A DNA stretch of 64,000 nt from the human T2T-CHM13v2.0 reference genome, Homo sapiens. The DNA is taken from assembly GCF_009914755.1 (NCBI RefSeq), contig NC_060943.1. One strand, 5' to 3'. Below, piece after piece: positions 13,161 to 26,995 of this stretch; position 1 is the first letter of the stretch, and the number at the start of each line of letters is the position of its first letter. The notes under the pieces are model-generated. The model was not told where the DNA came from. It saw only the letters and a list, made by a program, of their open reading frames with translations, and ran no database searches. A program made the translations under genes and the position numbers.

Positions 13161-15637
13161 AACAAACCTTCAAAATACATGAAGCAAGACCAAACAAAAC
13201 TAAGGGGAAAATAGACTAATCCACAATTATTACTGGAGATTTTAACACTTGTCTCTTGGTAATCGCTAGAACAATTAGAGAATAATAATAAATATATAGA
13301 ATATTTGAAGAACATTATCAATGAATGTGACCTAATTGACGTTTTTAGAACACTGTACCCAACAATTGCAAAGTGCATGTTGTTTTTAAGTGCACCTCGA
13401 AGGTTTACCAAGAAAAATCATATTTTGGGTCAAATTGAAATCTCAATAAATTTCAAAACATTGAAATTTTAAAGATTTAAACAATTAAATCTTTAAACAA
13501 TTAAATTTAAAGATTTAAACAATTAAAATTTCACCACAATCAAAAAGCTGCAAATATGTATAAATTCACAACATGCTTCGAAATAATGCATGGATTAAAG
13601 AAGTTACAAAAAAAAACCTTGCAAAATATTTAAACTAAATGATAATGTGTTCTTACACAGCATATGAAAGTTTGTGGGATGCTGCTACAGCAGTAATTAG
13701 AGAAAATGTATAGCCTTTAATGAGTTATGTTAGAAAAGAAGAAAGTTTTAAAATCAACAATTAACGTTTCCATCTTAAGCTGGAAAAAGCAAATTAAGTT
13801 TAACCCAATGTAAGTACAAGGAAGACAGTAATAAAGATGTCTAATAATGTCTGGTAATAATGAAGTCAAAAGATAGACAAATATTTGAGAAAATTAGCAA
13901 AACCACAAGTGTCTTTGAAAAAAATTAACAAAGTTGATGAATCCCAAGAAAAACTAAGAAAAAAGACACAGTAAATACAAATTTTCAATATCAGAGATGA
14001 AAAGGAGGACATCACTACAGATTCCACGCACACTGAAAAGATAACAAGGCAAGATTATGAACAACTTAATTCTCGTATATTTGACAGTGTATATGAAATG
14101 AACAGATTTATTGAGGATTTTGATTCATCAAAAGGGATATTAGAAGAAATAGAAAATCTGTAAAAGTCTTAATTCCATTAAAGAAGTTGAATTTGTAATC
14201 AAAAGCAAACTTGAGGACTAATGGTTTCACTGGTGAATTCTATTGGATATTGAAGAAAAGAACAATCCCAGTCTTACATAAACTCTCTCAGAAAATAGAG
14301 GATGAGAGAACATTCCTTCACAAGTTTTGTAAGGATAGGAGAATACTGATTCCAAACCTTACAAAGAAATTACAAGAAAGGAAAATTACCAGCCAATATT
14401 CTTTATAAACACAGCCACAAAAATTGTCACAAAATATTAGAAATAAAATTCTGTAATATAAAAAGAGAATAATACATCATGACCAATTAGAGCTTTTCAC
14501 AGAATTTCAGGTTTTTTCAACAGTCATATATAAATCAGTGTAATGCACAATATTAACAGAAAAAGGGAAAGAAAAAATAATCTGACTAAATACAAAAAAA
14601 AGAACTATCAAGAATCAATATCCCTTTGTAGAAGAAATAAATTTTAACTAGAAAAACAAAGGAACTTCATCAATCTGATAAAGGACTTCTGATAAATCTA
14701 CAACCAACATTATGCTTAAGGGTAAAATACTAAATATGTTCCCCTAAACATTGGAAACAAGGCAAAGAAATTCTCTCCTACCATGTCTATTCAACATTGT
14801 CCTGGAGATACTAGCCAGTGCATTAAGAAAGAAAAAAGCCAAGATCAAAAAAGAAGTAAAACTGTATTCATTTACAGATAGTATAGTGGTTTATACAGAA
14901 GACCCTAAGGAATCTACAGAAAAATTGCTAGAACATCAGTAAACTTAGCAAGGTTGCAAGGTAACTCAGTATACAAAAATAAATAGTATTTCTATATACT
15001 GGCATCAGCAAACAATTGGAAATGAAGTTTAAATAATTTCAGTTATATTTTACATTTTTGCATTAAAAATATAAAATGCTTAAAAATACATGAACAAAGT
15101 AAGTACAAGATCTTTGAAAACATTAACAAGAGAAATTAAAGAAGTAAAGGTCAATGGAAAGGTGTACCATGTTTATGAATTGGAAGACTCAATATTGGTT
15201 GACTTCTAGTACTGGAGGACTCAGTACAAAAGGCTCAACAACAATATATAACTTCAATGCAATCCCAATCAAAATCCACAGACTAAATTCATTACTGAAA
15301 TGAAAAGAATCTGTAATAGCCAACGTTGAAATAATTGAAAAATAAGAACAATGTTGGAAGACTAATACTATCTAATTACTAAACTAGAGTAATGAAGACA
15401 ATAAGGTATTAGCATTAGAATAGATGAATAAATCAATGGAACAGAATAGACCCATAGGTACTGATTTTCATCAATGACACCAAGGTCATTCAATGAGCAA
15501 AATAAAGCATTTCAACAAATAGTGCTGAAAGAACTGAATAAATATATGGGGTAAAGTGAACCTCAACCCCTACTTCACACTATACACAAAAAAATCAAAT
15601 TGAAACAGACTATAAGCATAAATATAAAAGCTAATAC

Positions 15638-16021
<384 letters not shown>

Positions 16022-16921
16022 TTAGAGAAAATACAAAAGGCACTCACTTTACAAGAAAAAATGATTAACAAATTGAACCTCGTGAAAGTTAAGAATTTCT
16101 ACTCATCAAAAATTGCTGTTAAGAAAATGGGAAGACAAGCCACAGACTGGGGAAAAATATTCACAATTTGTGTATCTGACAAAGCACTTGTATCCAAAAT
16201 ACATAAAGAACTTAAATAAATCAAAAATAAAAGATTTGAGCAGACTTTTCCAGAAAAGATGTTTAAATGGCCAAAAAGCACATGAAAGGTGCTCAACATC
16301 ATTAATCCTCTAAGAAATACAAATTAAAATTACAATGAGATAGTACTTCACAACCACTAGGATGGCTAAAATTAAAAAGACTGAGAATACCAAATGTTGG
16401 CCAGAATGTGAAACAACTGGAACTCTCATACATTGCTAATGGGGATTAAAATGGAACAACCAATTAGGAAAACTAGCAGTTTCCTGGAAATTTAAACATA
16501 CACTTACTCTATGACCCAGCAATTCCACTTTCAGATATTCTCCCAAGAGAAGTGAAAATGTATGTTCACACAAAACTTGTCCACAAATGTTCATAGCAGC
16601 TTTTGTCGTAACAGCCATACAGCTGGATACAACCCCAAATGTTCATCAACAGAAGAATGGATAAACAAACTGTGGTGTATTCATGCAATGGAATACTACT
16701 CAGTTGATATGTACAATAACATGGATGAACCTCAGAAACCGTATGCTGAATGAAACCTGCCAGGCACAAAAGGGTACACGTTATGTGATTTTATTTATTT
16801 GAAGTTCAAGACAGATCAAAGCAATCTATCATGATAGAAATCAGATCCACTATGGGTGGTGGGAATTTGCTGGAATGGGGCACAAGGGAACTTTCTGGGG
16901 TGAGGGAAATTTCCATATCTT

Positions 16922-17645
<724 letters not shown>

Positions 17646-18226
17646 CCATATCTTGATTGTGGCCTTGGTTCCAGCTGTATGGTTTTGTCACCACTTGTGG
17701 AATTGTACAATTAAAGTATGTGTATTTCACTGTACACAGACTTTAACTTCAATTTAAAAAATGTAAATACACATTCCACTTGTACTGAATCTTGCTAATG
17801 CAAGACTCCAGCGCCTTACTAAGTCTCAACGGTGTTTTCTGAAGTTCCCGGAGTAGACTATGTGTGCTCATGAACAAGTCCTTCAGGCTTCCGTGCAGCC
17901 CCTGCTGTCATTGTGGCTTCTGCAGGCTCCTGGGGCTTCCCAAGCATCCCTGACTTTCCTGGCCTGGCTGCTGCCTCCCTTCCACTGCAGTCTCCCCTGT
18001 CTGTTAGATCTGGCTCCTCACACCAAAAAAGCTGTGGTTATTTATCTGTGATGACAAGCCCCTAGCAGGTCACTCATAACTCTCAGTAGAAGACTCCCAA
18101 GCAGTGTTACTGTGAGAGTTCTGCCACCATAGTCATCATGTTTCTCTGTTGTTGGCCCCAATGTTTGATCGATTTTGCTGTTATTAATATTGTTTTTCTG
18201 GAAAACTGCTCTTTCAGCTTTTTCTT

Positions 18227-18885
18227 TTTTTTTTTTATTATTATACTTTAAGTTTTAGGGTACATGTGCACAATGTGCAGGTTAGTTACATATGTATACA
18301 TGTGCCACGCTGGTGCGCTGCACCCACTAACTCATCATCTAGCATTAGGTGTATCTCCCAATGCTATCCCTCCCCCCTCCCCCCTCCCCACAACAGGCCC
18401 CAGAGTGTGATGTTCCCCTTCCTGTGTCCATGTGTTCTCATTGTTCAATTCCCACCTATGAGTGAGAATATGCGGTGTTTGGTTTTTTGTTCTTGCAATA
18501 GTTTATTGAGAATGATGATTTCCAATTTCATCCATGTCCCTACAAAGGACATGAACTCATCATTTTTTATGGCTGCATAGTATTCCATGGTGTATATGTG
18601 CCACATTTTCTTAATCCAGTCTATCATTGTTGGACATTTGGGTTGGTTCTAAGTCTTTGCTATTGTGAATAATGCCGCAATAAACATACGTGTGCATGTG
18701 TCTTTATAGCAGCATGATTTATAGTCCTTTGGGTATATACCCAGTAATGGGATGGCTGGGTCAAATGGTATTTCTAGTTCTAGATCCCTGAGGAATCGCC
18801 ACACTGACTTCCACAATGGTTGAACTAGTTTACAGTCCCACCAACAGTGTAAAAGTGTTCCTATTTCTCCACATCCTCTCCAGCA
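18227..18885 (-). mobile_element. L1PA2-type, 5'-truncated
   Basis: 3' UTR gtgcgctgcacccactaactcatcatctagc (GAG state, not ACA); ORF2 C-terminus WIKKMWHIYTMEYYAAIKNDEFMSF; perfect 17-bp TSD tctttcagctttttctt. Confidence 0.9.
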
Positions 18886-19142
18886 TCTTTCAGCTTTTTC
18901 TTAGACCCATCTTTCTTCCCAAGACGTGTGGCGGCTGGACCAGGACCAGTGATGAGCAGGAGACAATCTACTGTCCTTAAGACCACATCTCACTCCAGGG
19001 CTCACAGCCTTTCAAGGTCTTCCTTTGCAATGACATCCCTGCCCCACCCCACCTCTTGAGAAGACAGACCATCCTGGACCCTCTCCTTCTCCCATATTTC
19101 GATGTGGATACCCAAGGAGAGCTGATGTGCTCTTTTTCTTAA

Positions 19143-19800
19143 TTTTTTTTTTATTTCAGTAGCTTTAAGGGTGCAAGTGGTTTTTTGTTACATGGGTGAA
19201 TTTGATAGTGATGGAGTCGGGGATAGTGGTGAAGTCTGCACCCATCATCTGAATTGCACATTTTGTACCCAATAGGTAGTTTTTCACCCCCAAACCCCCT
19301 CCCACCCTCTCCCCTTTTGAGTCTCCAGTGTTCACCATATCACTCTGTCTGCCCTTGTGTACCCATAGCTTAGCTCCCACTGACAAATGAGAACATGCAG
19401 TATTTGGTAACTCCTGAGTTACTTCCCTTAGGATAATGGCCCCCCAGTTCCATTCAAATTGCTACAGAAGGCTTTATTTCATTCTTTTTTAAGGCTGAGT
19501 AGCATAACACGGTGTATATATACCACATTTTCTTTATCCTGTGATTGGTTGACGGATGCTTCAGTTGATTCCGTATCTTTGCAATTGTGAATAGTGCCGC
19601 AATAAACATACACGTGCAGGGGTCTTTTTGATATAATGACTTATTTTCCTTTGGGTAGATACCCAGTGGTGGGATTGCTGGATTGAATGGTAGATCTGCT
19701 CTTAGTTCTTTGAGAAATCACCATAAGCTCTCTCACAGAGGTGACACTAATTTACGTTCCCACCAGGAGCGTATAAGTGTTCACTTTTCACCACATCTGC
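19143..19800 (-). mobile_element. L1PB-type 3' end
   Basis: tttatttcagtagctttaagggtgcaagtgg and cccatagcttagctcccac are PB-type 3' UTR motifs. Confidence 0.85.
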
Positions 19801-20627
19801 CTGTTGCTGTTGCCCGTCCCACTAGACCTCTATGAGCTCCTCTTATCTCACCTGAGAAAATCTTATACTCCTTCCTATTATTCCCCAGTTTTTAGTAAAG
19901 TTCGTTAAACACAAGTTTATGCTAGCAGGGCTTTGGGGAAATGAGAGGAAGCCTGTCCACTTTGCCCCATGTGTAAACTCCAGACCTCTCCCCATTTCTC
20001 AAAGCCTTCCAAGCATGAACTGAGTGTTTCACAAACTTTACGAAAGACTGGGGATAATAGGAGGGAACATACAGCAGAAGAGGAAAAATTTAACATTGGA
20101 CACCAGATCTCTTGATTCCATCAGCCAAAATCTTTTCTCCAGGGATCCCTGATTCCCTGGAAGATGACACACTGCAGGGGTCCTCTGTAATCCTCTTTCT
20201 CCCCTCTACCCAAGTTTTGTCAGGGGGATTCAAAAGCAAACAAAACAAACAAACCAAAGATCTCTGTTAATATTGCGTGATCTCAGTGAGAGGAGGCCCT
20301 GTCTGAAGTCTGTGCATCTCAGTTACCCACCGTGCTTTGACCCCCAGTGCTTCAGGGCCCCTCACTGCTCTCTACCTCAAAGTTGCAGACACAAGCTGCT
20401 GGGAGTTCTCAATGGACACATAGAGTCTCTTCCCACTTCTCCAACCCCTCAGCTTCAGGCATCACTGGGTTGAATAAACCTTGGTCCTCTCGACTCCTTC
20501 CCACTACCTCTCTGCCCCGGGCTGCACTAGGCTCCCAAGTCAGACAGCCGGGGCTGCAGCCCCTATCCCTTGCAATGAGTCTTCTCCAGGGAGGGCCCTC
20601 ATTTTGGGGTATCAAGAGTGTCCACAG

Positions 20628-21322
20628 CGTGGATGCAGTGAACAGGTAACACTTATACACTGCTGGTGGGAATGTAAACTAGTACAACCACTATTGAAAA
20701 CAGTGTGGAGATTCCTTAAAGAACTAAAAATAGAACTACCATTTGATCCAGCAATCCCACTACTGGGTATCTACCCAGAGGAAAAGAAGTCTTTATATGA
20801 AAAAGATACTTGCACATGCATATTTATGGTGGCACAATTCACAGTTGCAAAAATGTGGAACCAGCCCAAATGCCCATCAATCAACAAGTGGACAAAGAAA
20901 CTGTGAGATATAGATATATATAGATATAGATATAGATATATATAATGGAATACTACACAGCCATAAAAATGAATGAATTATGGCATTTGCAGCAACCTGG
21001 ATGAGATTGGAGACTATTATTCTAAGTGAAGTCACTCAGGAATGGAAAACCAAACATCGTATGTTCTCACTCATAAGTGGGAGGGAGCTAAGCTATGAGG
21101 ACAGGACACAAAGGTATAAGAATGACACAGTGGACTTTGGGGACTCAGGGGGAAAGGGTGGGAAGGGCGTGATGGATAAAAGACTACAAATTGAGTGCAG
21201 TGTATACTGCTCAAGCGATGGGTGCATCAAAATCTCACACATCTCCACTAAAGAACTTACTCATGTAACCAAACACCACCTGTTCCCCAATAAACAATAG
21301 AAAATTTTTTTTTTAAATTTTA
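20628..21322 (+). mobile_element. L1PB1-type 3' end
   Basis: ORF2 C-terminus [27 protein letters not shown]; TSD aagagtg(t/c)ccacag at 20614-20627 and 21323-21336. Confidence 0.9.
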
Positions 21323-21559
21323 AAGAGTGCCCACAGGACACACACATCTTATGCTTAGCCTTGAACATCCAATGCCCCTATTTCAATAACTACCCTGTTG
21401 ATGTTTGCATTGCTATGGCTGTGTCCATTTTACCTCACAATCAATTTTAGATGATTGCAGAACCAAAGCAAATGATTTGCAGTAGGGTTTGGGGTTTAAA
21501 GGTTTGGTTTAAAGGTTTGGTTTGGTTTGGATAGAGCTATGCTCTATCGTTGGGTTTTC

Positions 21560-21780
21560 AATGAGTAGCTAGGTGACCTCAGGCAAGCTACAGCAGATTA
21601 CCTTGAAGTTACTTCAGCAAGTTACCCCACTATGCCTCATTTTTCCCATCTGTAAAATAAGGATAATAACAGGATCATGGGGTGGGGTGAGGATTAAATG
21701 AGTTAATATGTGGGAAGGGTATATAATCGAACAGTGTCTGCAACAGAGTAAGTGCTATTTAAACGTTTGTTACATAAATT
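21560..21780 (+). mobile_element. MIR
   Basis: gcctcatttttcccatctgtaaaataaggataataa and gtgaggattaaatgagttaat. Confidence 0.85.
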
Positions 21781-22342
21781 ATGAACATTATATAAATTGT
21801 CTTCATGGACTTCAAAAGCAGGACATGACATACGGTGGGAAATTAGTTGAAGAAACCAAAACTTGTATACGTTCTTTTAGATACGCCACTTGTGTGAATA
21901 TTTTTAATTCAGCTAAGGGGTAAATTATATAGATGTGCCCACAAGGTTGCTTTTAGCTTAGTCAACAAGAGCAGAAGCTTCAAGATGGCAAATAAAACAA
22001 CATCCAAGACAACGTTGAAAGAAAGGTGAATGATATAATTGGGGTCAAGCCGTCTTCAATTGAGGGCACTCTCTTGGCTCCACTTCCCCTCACTGTAAGA
22101 AATACAGCTGGAGGGATAAATACAAGGACACAGGCCCCAAAGATGTCTGAGTGGCCAGAGAAGAGAGACCCCCAAGGCTGGCTTGCAGGCTGCGGGGCTG
22201 GGGGCGGAGGCGGGGGAAGGACCTTCCTCGGTGTCCTCTTATGAGGCAGAGGGGACCAGACTATCCATCACAGCATCATAATGCTTAAGTGGCATGAAGT
22301 CGTAAAGCCCACAACGAAGCAGGGATGCTCCACTGCCAGCGG

Positions 22343-22344
<2 letters not shown>

Positions 22345-22402
<58 letters not shown>
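22345..22402. repeat. (TC)n microsatellite
   Basis: About 29 perfect TC units. Confidence 0.97.
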
Positions 22403-22406
<4 letters not shown>

Positions 22407-22554
22407 CCCTTCCCCCAGTCCCTCCCCAACCCAACAGTGGAGGCAGGAGGCCCTGAGCAGCCAGCCCTCCAGCTCAGTCACTGGTCAGAGGGATCTCCTG
22501 AGGATGGGCTCTCTGCCCTGCCCAACAAGGCTACAAAGTCCGGGAGAAAGCAAC

Positions 22555-22966
<412 letters not shown>

Positions 22967-23745
22967 CTGTAGTACAACCGCATAGTGAAATATTATCCAG
23001 CCTGAACAGAAAGGAAATTCTGAAACATGCTACGATGTGGATAAACTTCAAGGACATTATACTAAGTGAAGTAAGCCAGGCACAAGAAGACAAATATTCT
23101 GTGATTCCACTTATATGAGGTCCCTACAGTAGTCAGTTCTATAGACAGAAATTGGAATGGTGGTTACCAGGAGCTGAAGGCGGGGTGAACAAAAAGTTAC
23201 TGTTTAATGCAATGGTCCCCACCCCAACTTTTGTGGCACCAGGGACCAGTTTCATGAAAGACAATTTTTCCACTGATGGGGCAGAGTGTGTGAGGGGGGA
23301 GATGTTTCAGGACGAAATTCTTCCACCTCAAATCATCAGACATTAGTTAAATTCTCATAAGGAGCACACAACCTAGATCCCTCGCATGCACAGTTCACAA
23401 CAGGGTTCACGCTCCTATAAGAATCTAATGCCACTGCTGATTTGACAGGAGGCAGAGCTCAGGCGATAATGCTCGCTCGCCTGCCTCTCATCTCCTGCTA
23501 TGCGGCCCATTTCCTAACAGGCCACGGACTGATACCGATCTGCCACCCAGGGGTTGGGGACCCCGGTTTAATGGTACAGAGTTTCAGTTTTGCAAGATGA
23601 AAATAGTTTTGGAGATGATGGTGGTAATAGTTGCACATTGCATAACAATGTGAATATACCTAAGACCACTGCACTATACACTTAAATATTGTCAGGATGA
23701 TAAATTTAGCGTTATGTGTATTTGACAACCTTTTAAAGCAAAACA
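22967..23745 (+). mobile_element. L1MB 3' end, split by MER1B
   Basis: aaggaaattctgaaacatgctacgatgtggat and gtacagagtttcagttttgcaagatgaaaa. Confidence 0.85.
23210..23565 (+). mobile_element. MER1B (hAT-Charlie DNA transposon)
   Basis: TIRs ..ggtcccca and ..tggggacccc; perfect 8-bp TSD gtttaatg at 23202-23209 and 23566-23573. Confidence 0.92.
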
Positions 23746-24514
23746 ACAATAATTATGATGAAAGAAGGTGGAGCTTGAGTAAGCACTTGAAGGAGGTGGT
23801 GCGATTAGCCAAGCAGTCCCCTGGGGTAACAGCAGACCAGGCAGACGGAAGCAAAAGGGAAGAAGGCACTGAAGTGGGACCATGTGCTTGATGTGGTGAA
23901 GCCACTGCATCCCCCCAGACTTCATGCCACGCTGGTGACATTTTATGCAGAGCACAGAGAGTTAGGAGAGAGAACAGCACTTTGTGCTCCACAAAGGAAG
24001 AAGGTCCTTGAGCTATAAGCCCCAGAGGCTCAGTGGACTATGTTGATTTCATCAGCTTTGGTGATAAATAAGCTTTGTCATTCCCCAGTCTGCTAATAAT
24101 TGGGTCTCAGACAAATCAGTGATCAAACTTTAAAAGACAGTCTGTGAACCACTAAATCCCACAGAAGAACAATTGCACAAAAGTTTACTGTAGCCATATG
24201 AAGGGAATTTTTATGAACCTTTTAAATCTGCTGATATACTTGGGAAGCAAGCGCATCGGTGGTGCGTTTAAAAGTCTATGTGGAAGTAAACATTTTACGG
24301 CATGTTTGGGAGGAAGGGAAAAGTTAGCCAAGATTCATATTTTTCTAGGGAAAATGAGGTCATGCACTGGGTTGTGGCTGATCTTCCCTCCCATGGGATC
24401 CTGTAAAGATTCGTGAAGGCCCCAGACACTGCTGTTTTGCTACTCCCGGAGATTTGTGGGATTTGGGTTAAACGCAATAGTAAGCATTCTTCCTCAAGAC
24501 AGTCCAGGAGGCAA

Positions 24515-24533
24515 CAGCCAGAAGATGGCGCCG
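24515..24533 (+). promoter_or_regulatory. Candidate CTCF site overlapping a YY1-like motif
   Basis: CCAGAAGATGGCGC (24518-24531) fits the CTCF core CCASYAGRKGGCRS with one mismatch; unique sequence with retained CpGs; motif evidence only. Confidence 0.5.
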
Positions 24534-24676
24534 TAGCTACGGAAACGAAGACAACAGTGTCCATGCGTGCCCTCCCACAGCCTGAGGACTTGGGACCCAG
24601 GAACTGAGGCAGATGCATCCAGAACGAGGCTGGACCTTAATGCCCAACTGGGGTCTAAGCAGCGGTCCCCAAGCTT

Positions 24677-24777
24677 GGTTGGCACAGTGGCTCACACATG
24701 CAATCCCAGCACTTTGGGAGGCTGAGGTGGGAGGATCGCTGGAGCCCAGGAGTTCAAGACCTGACTGGGCAAGACCC
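24677..24777 (+). mobile_element. Alu left monomer / FLAM_C-like, no A tail
   Basis: Monomer sequence ending at gggcaagacc. Confidence 0.85.
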
Positions 24778-25344
24778 GGGTCTAAGCAGAAGGCAAAAAG
24801 AGACCCCTTCTTCCTTCTCCTGATCCACAGCCCTGCCTGGAGCTTTCAGCAGAAGCGTAATAGGATACCAGAGTTGCTCTGTGTTTCTGTGTGGTCTCAG
24901 CGGGAAGGCAGTCCTTGTTCAAGTGGACATTCGCCATTTAGACTGTTAAAATTGCTTCTTCCTCTCAGATCCTGGTTTTCTTTAAGGCACTTGTGTCCCC
25001 TTGTCCGGGCTTGACCCATCAGGATCCTTAACCCAGGCCCTGGAGGGAGCCCTCTCATTGCAGTCCTGGTGTCTGGACTTGCGGCTACCACACCACATGA
25101 TGTCTCAAGCCACCCTGCTTCCTCTGTTTTTCCCAAGCTTTGTTCTCTTGCCTCTCTTGAGTTGTCTGGTAACCTTCCAGTAAATTGCCAACGTGCTGGT
25201 ACTCACTGGAATTTGTTGCAGTTGCCTGTCAGCGAAGAATCTTGATGGGTAAAGATGGGTATAGCTCCAGGATGTGCTACTAAGACAAGCATCAGAAGTA
25301 CTTGCACCACACATCTCCAGGCAAACACTCTGCCTCCAGAGGTC

Positions 25345-25877
25345 CGTGATGGTTAATACTGTCAACTGGATTGGATTGAAGGATGCAAACTATTGTTCCT
25401 GGGTGTATATGTAAGGGTGTTGCCAGAGGAAATTAACATTTGAGTCAGTGGACTGGGAGAGGGAGACCACCCTCAATCTGAGTGGGCACCATCTAATCAA
25501 CTGCCAGCGTGGCTAGGATAAAAGCAGGCAGAGAGACGTGGAAGGACTAGACTGGCTGAGTCTTCCAGCCTCCATCTTTCCCCTGTGCTGGATGCTTCCT
25601 TCCCTTGAATATCAGACTCCAAGTTCTTCAGCTTTTAGACCCTTGAACTCACACCAGTGGTTTGCCAGGGGCTTTCGGGGGCCTTCAGCCACAGACTGTT
25701 GGCTTCCCTACTTTTGAGGTTTGGGACTCAGGCTAGCTTCCTTGCTCCTCAGCTTGCAGACAGCCTATTGTGGGACTTCACCTTGTGATCAAGTAAGTCA
25801 ATTCTCCTAATAAACTCTCCTTTATATATTCATCTATCCTGTTAGTCCTGTCCCTTGAGAGAACCCTGACTAATACA
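25345..25877 (+). mobile_element. MLT2A2-type solo LTR (ERVL)
   Basis: gtgatggttaatact...gaaccctgactaataca, 533 bp; perfect 5-bp TSD aggtc. Confidence 0.9.
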
Positions 25878-26112
25878 AGGTCCTACTGAAAAATGGCCTA
25901 CTGAATGGCCTACTGAAAAATGGTCAAATAAAGCCATGAGGAACTATGATTTCATTATTTCAAAAGACAGAAATAATCCTTGGGATTCTAAGCCTTCACA
26001 GAGACAGAGGATAGACCCTATGCTCTTGCTAGGACCCTTTCCCAAGCAGGATTCTCAGGTTAGAAGTGTCAGGAGCCATCAAAACCAAAAGGCTACTGTG
26101 CAGAATCCTAGA

Positions 26113-26995
26113 TTTACTTTTATTTTATTTTATTTTTATTTTATTTTTATTTTATTTTAATTGTAGTAAAACATACATGACATACAACTTACCGTTTTAA
26201 CTATTTTTTAAGTCTAAAAAATGGCATTAAGTACATTCATATTGTGTGCAACCATGACCACCATGCATCTCCAGGGTTCCTTTCATCTTCCGCAGTTGAA
26301 ACTCTGCACCCACTAAACGCTAGTTCCTCATTCCTCTTCCCCATCTCCAGGCCTGGGCAACCACTATTCTACTTTCTGTCTCTATGTATTTGACTACTCC
26401 AGATACCTCATATAAGTGGAATCATATAGTATTTGTCTTTTTGTGACTGGATTATTTCACTTAGCAGAATGTCCTCAGGGTTCACTGATGTTGTAGTATG
26501 AGTCAAAATTTCCTTCCTTGGCTGGGCATGGTGGCTCATGCATGCAATCCCAGCACTTTGAGAGGTAGAGGAGGGAGGATAGCTTAAGCCCAGAAGTTTG
26601 AGACCAGCCTGGGCAAGATAGGGAGACCCCATCTCTACAAAAAGTAAAAAAATGAGGTGGGTGTGGTGGCGCATGCCTTTGGTCTTAGCTACTCAATAGG
26701 CTGAGGCAGAAGGATGTCTTGAGCCTGGGAGGTCAAGGCTGCAGTGAGCCATCATTGTGTCACTACACTCAGCCTGGGTCACAGAATGAGACCCTGTCCC
26801 CCCGACCCAAAAAAAAATCCTTTCTATTCCAAGCTGAATAATAATCCCTTGTACAGATATATCACATTTTGCTTGCTCATTCGTCTGTCAATGGACACTT
26901 GAGCCACTTCCACCTTTTGGCTATTAGGAAGAATGCTGCTGTGAACATGGGTGTACAAATATCTGCTTCAGGCCCTGTTTTCAGTTCTTTTGGCT
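26113..26995 (-). mobile_element. L1MB 3' end, split by AluJ
   Basis: (TTTTA)n tail followed by ggcattaagtacattca and tttggctattaggaagaatgctgctgtgaacatgg. Confidence 0.87.
26520..26817 (+). mobile_element. AluJ
   Basis: Diverged dimer. Confidence 0.92.

Noticed and set aside
14211-14942. Reverse-transcriptase-like peptides
   Set aside because: Fragmented L1 ORF2 with frameshifts and a decayed catalytic motif; not a domesticated RT gene
20481-21300. 141-aa and 106-aa ORFs with L1 ORF2 C-terminal similarity
   Set aside because: A 5'-truncated L1PB remnant interrupted by a stop and a (TATAGA)n tract; not a functional CDS
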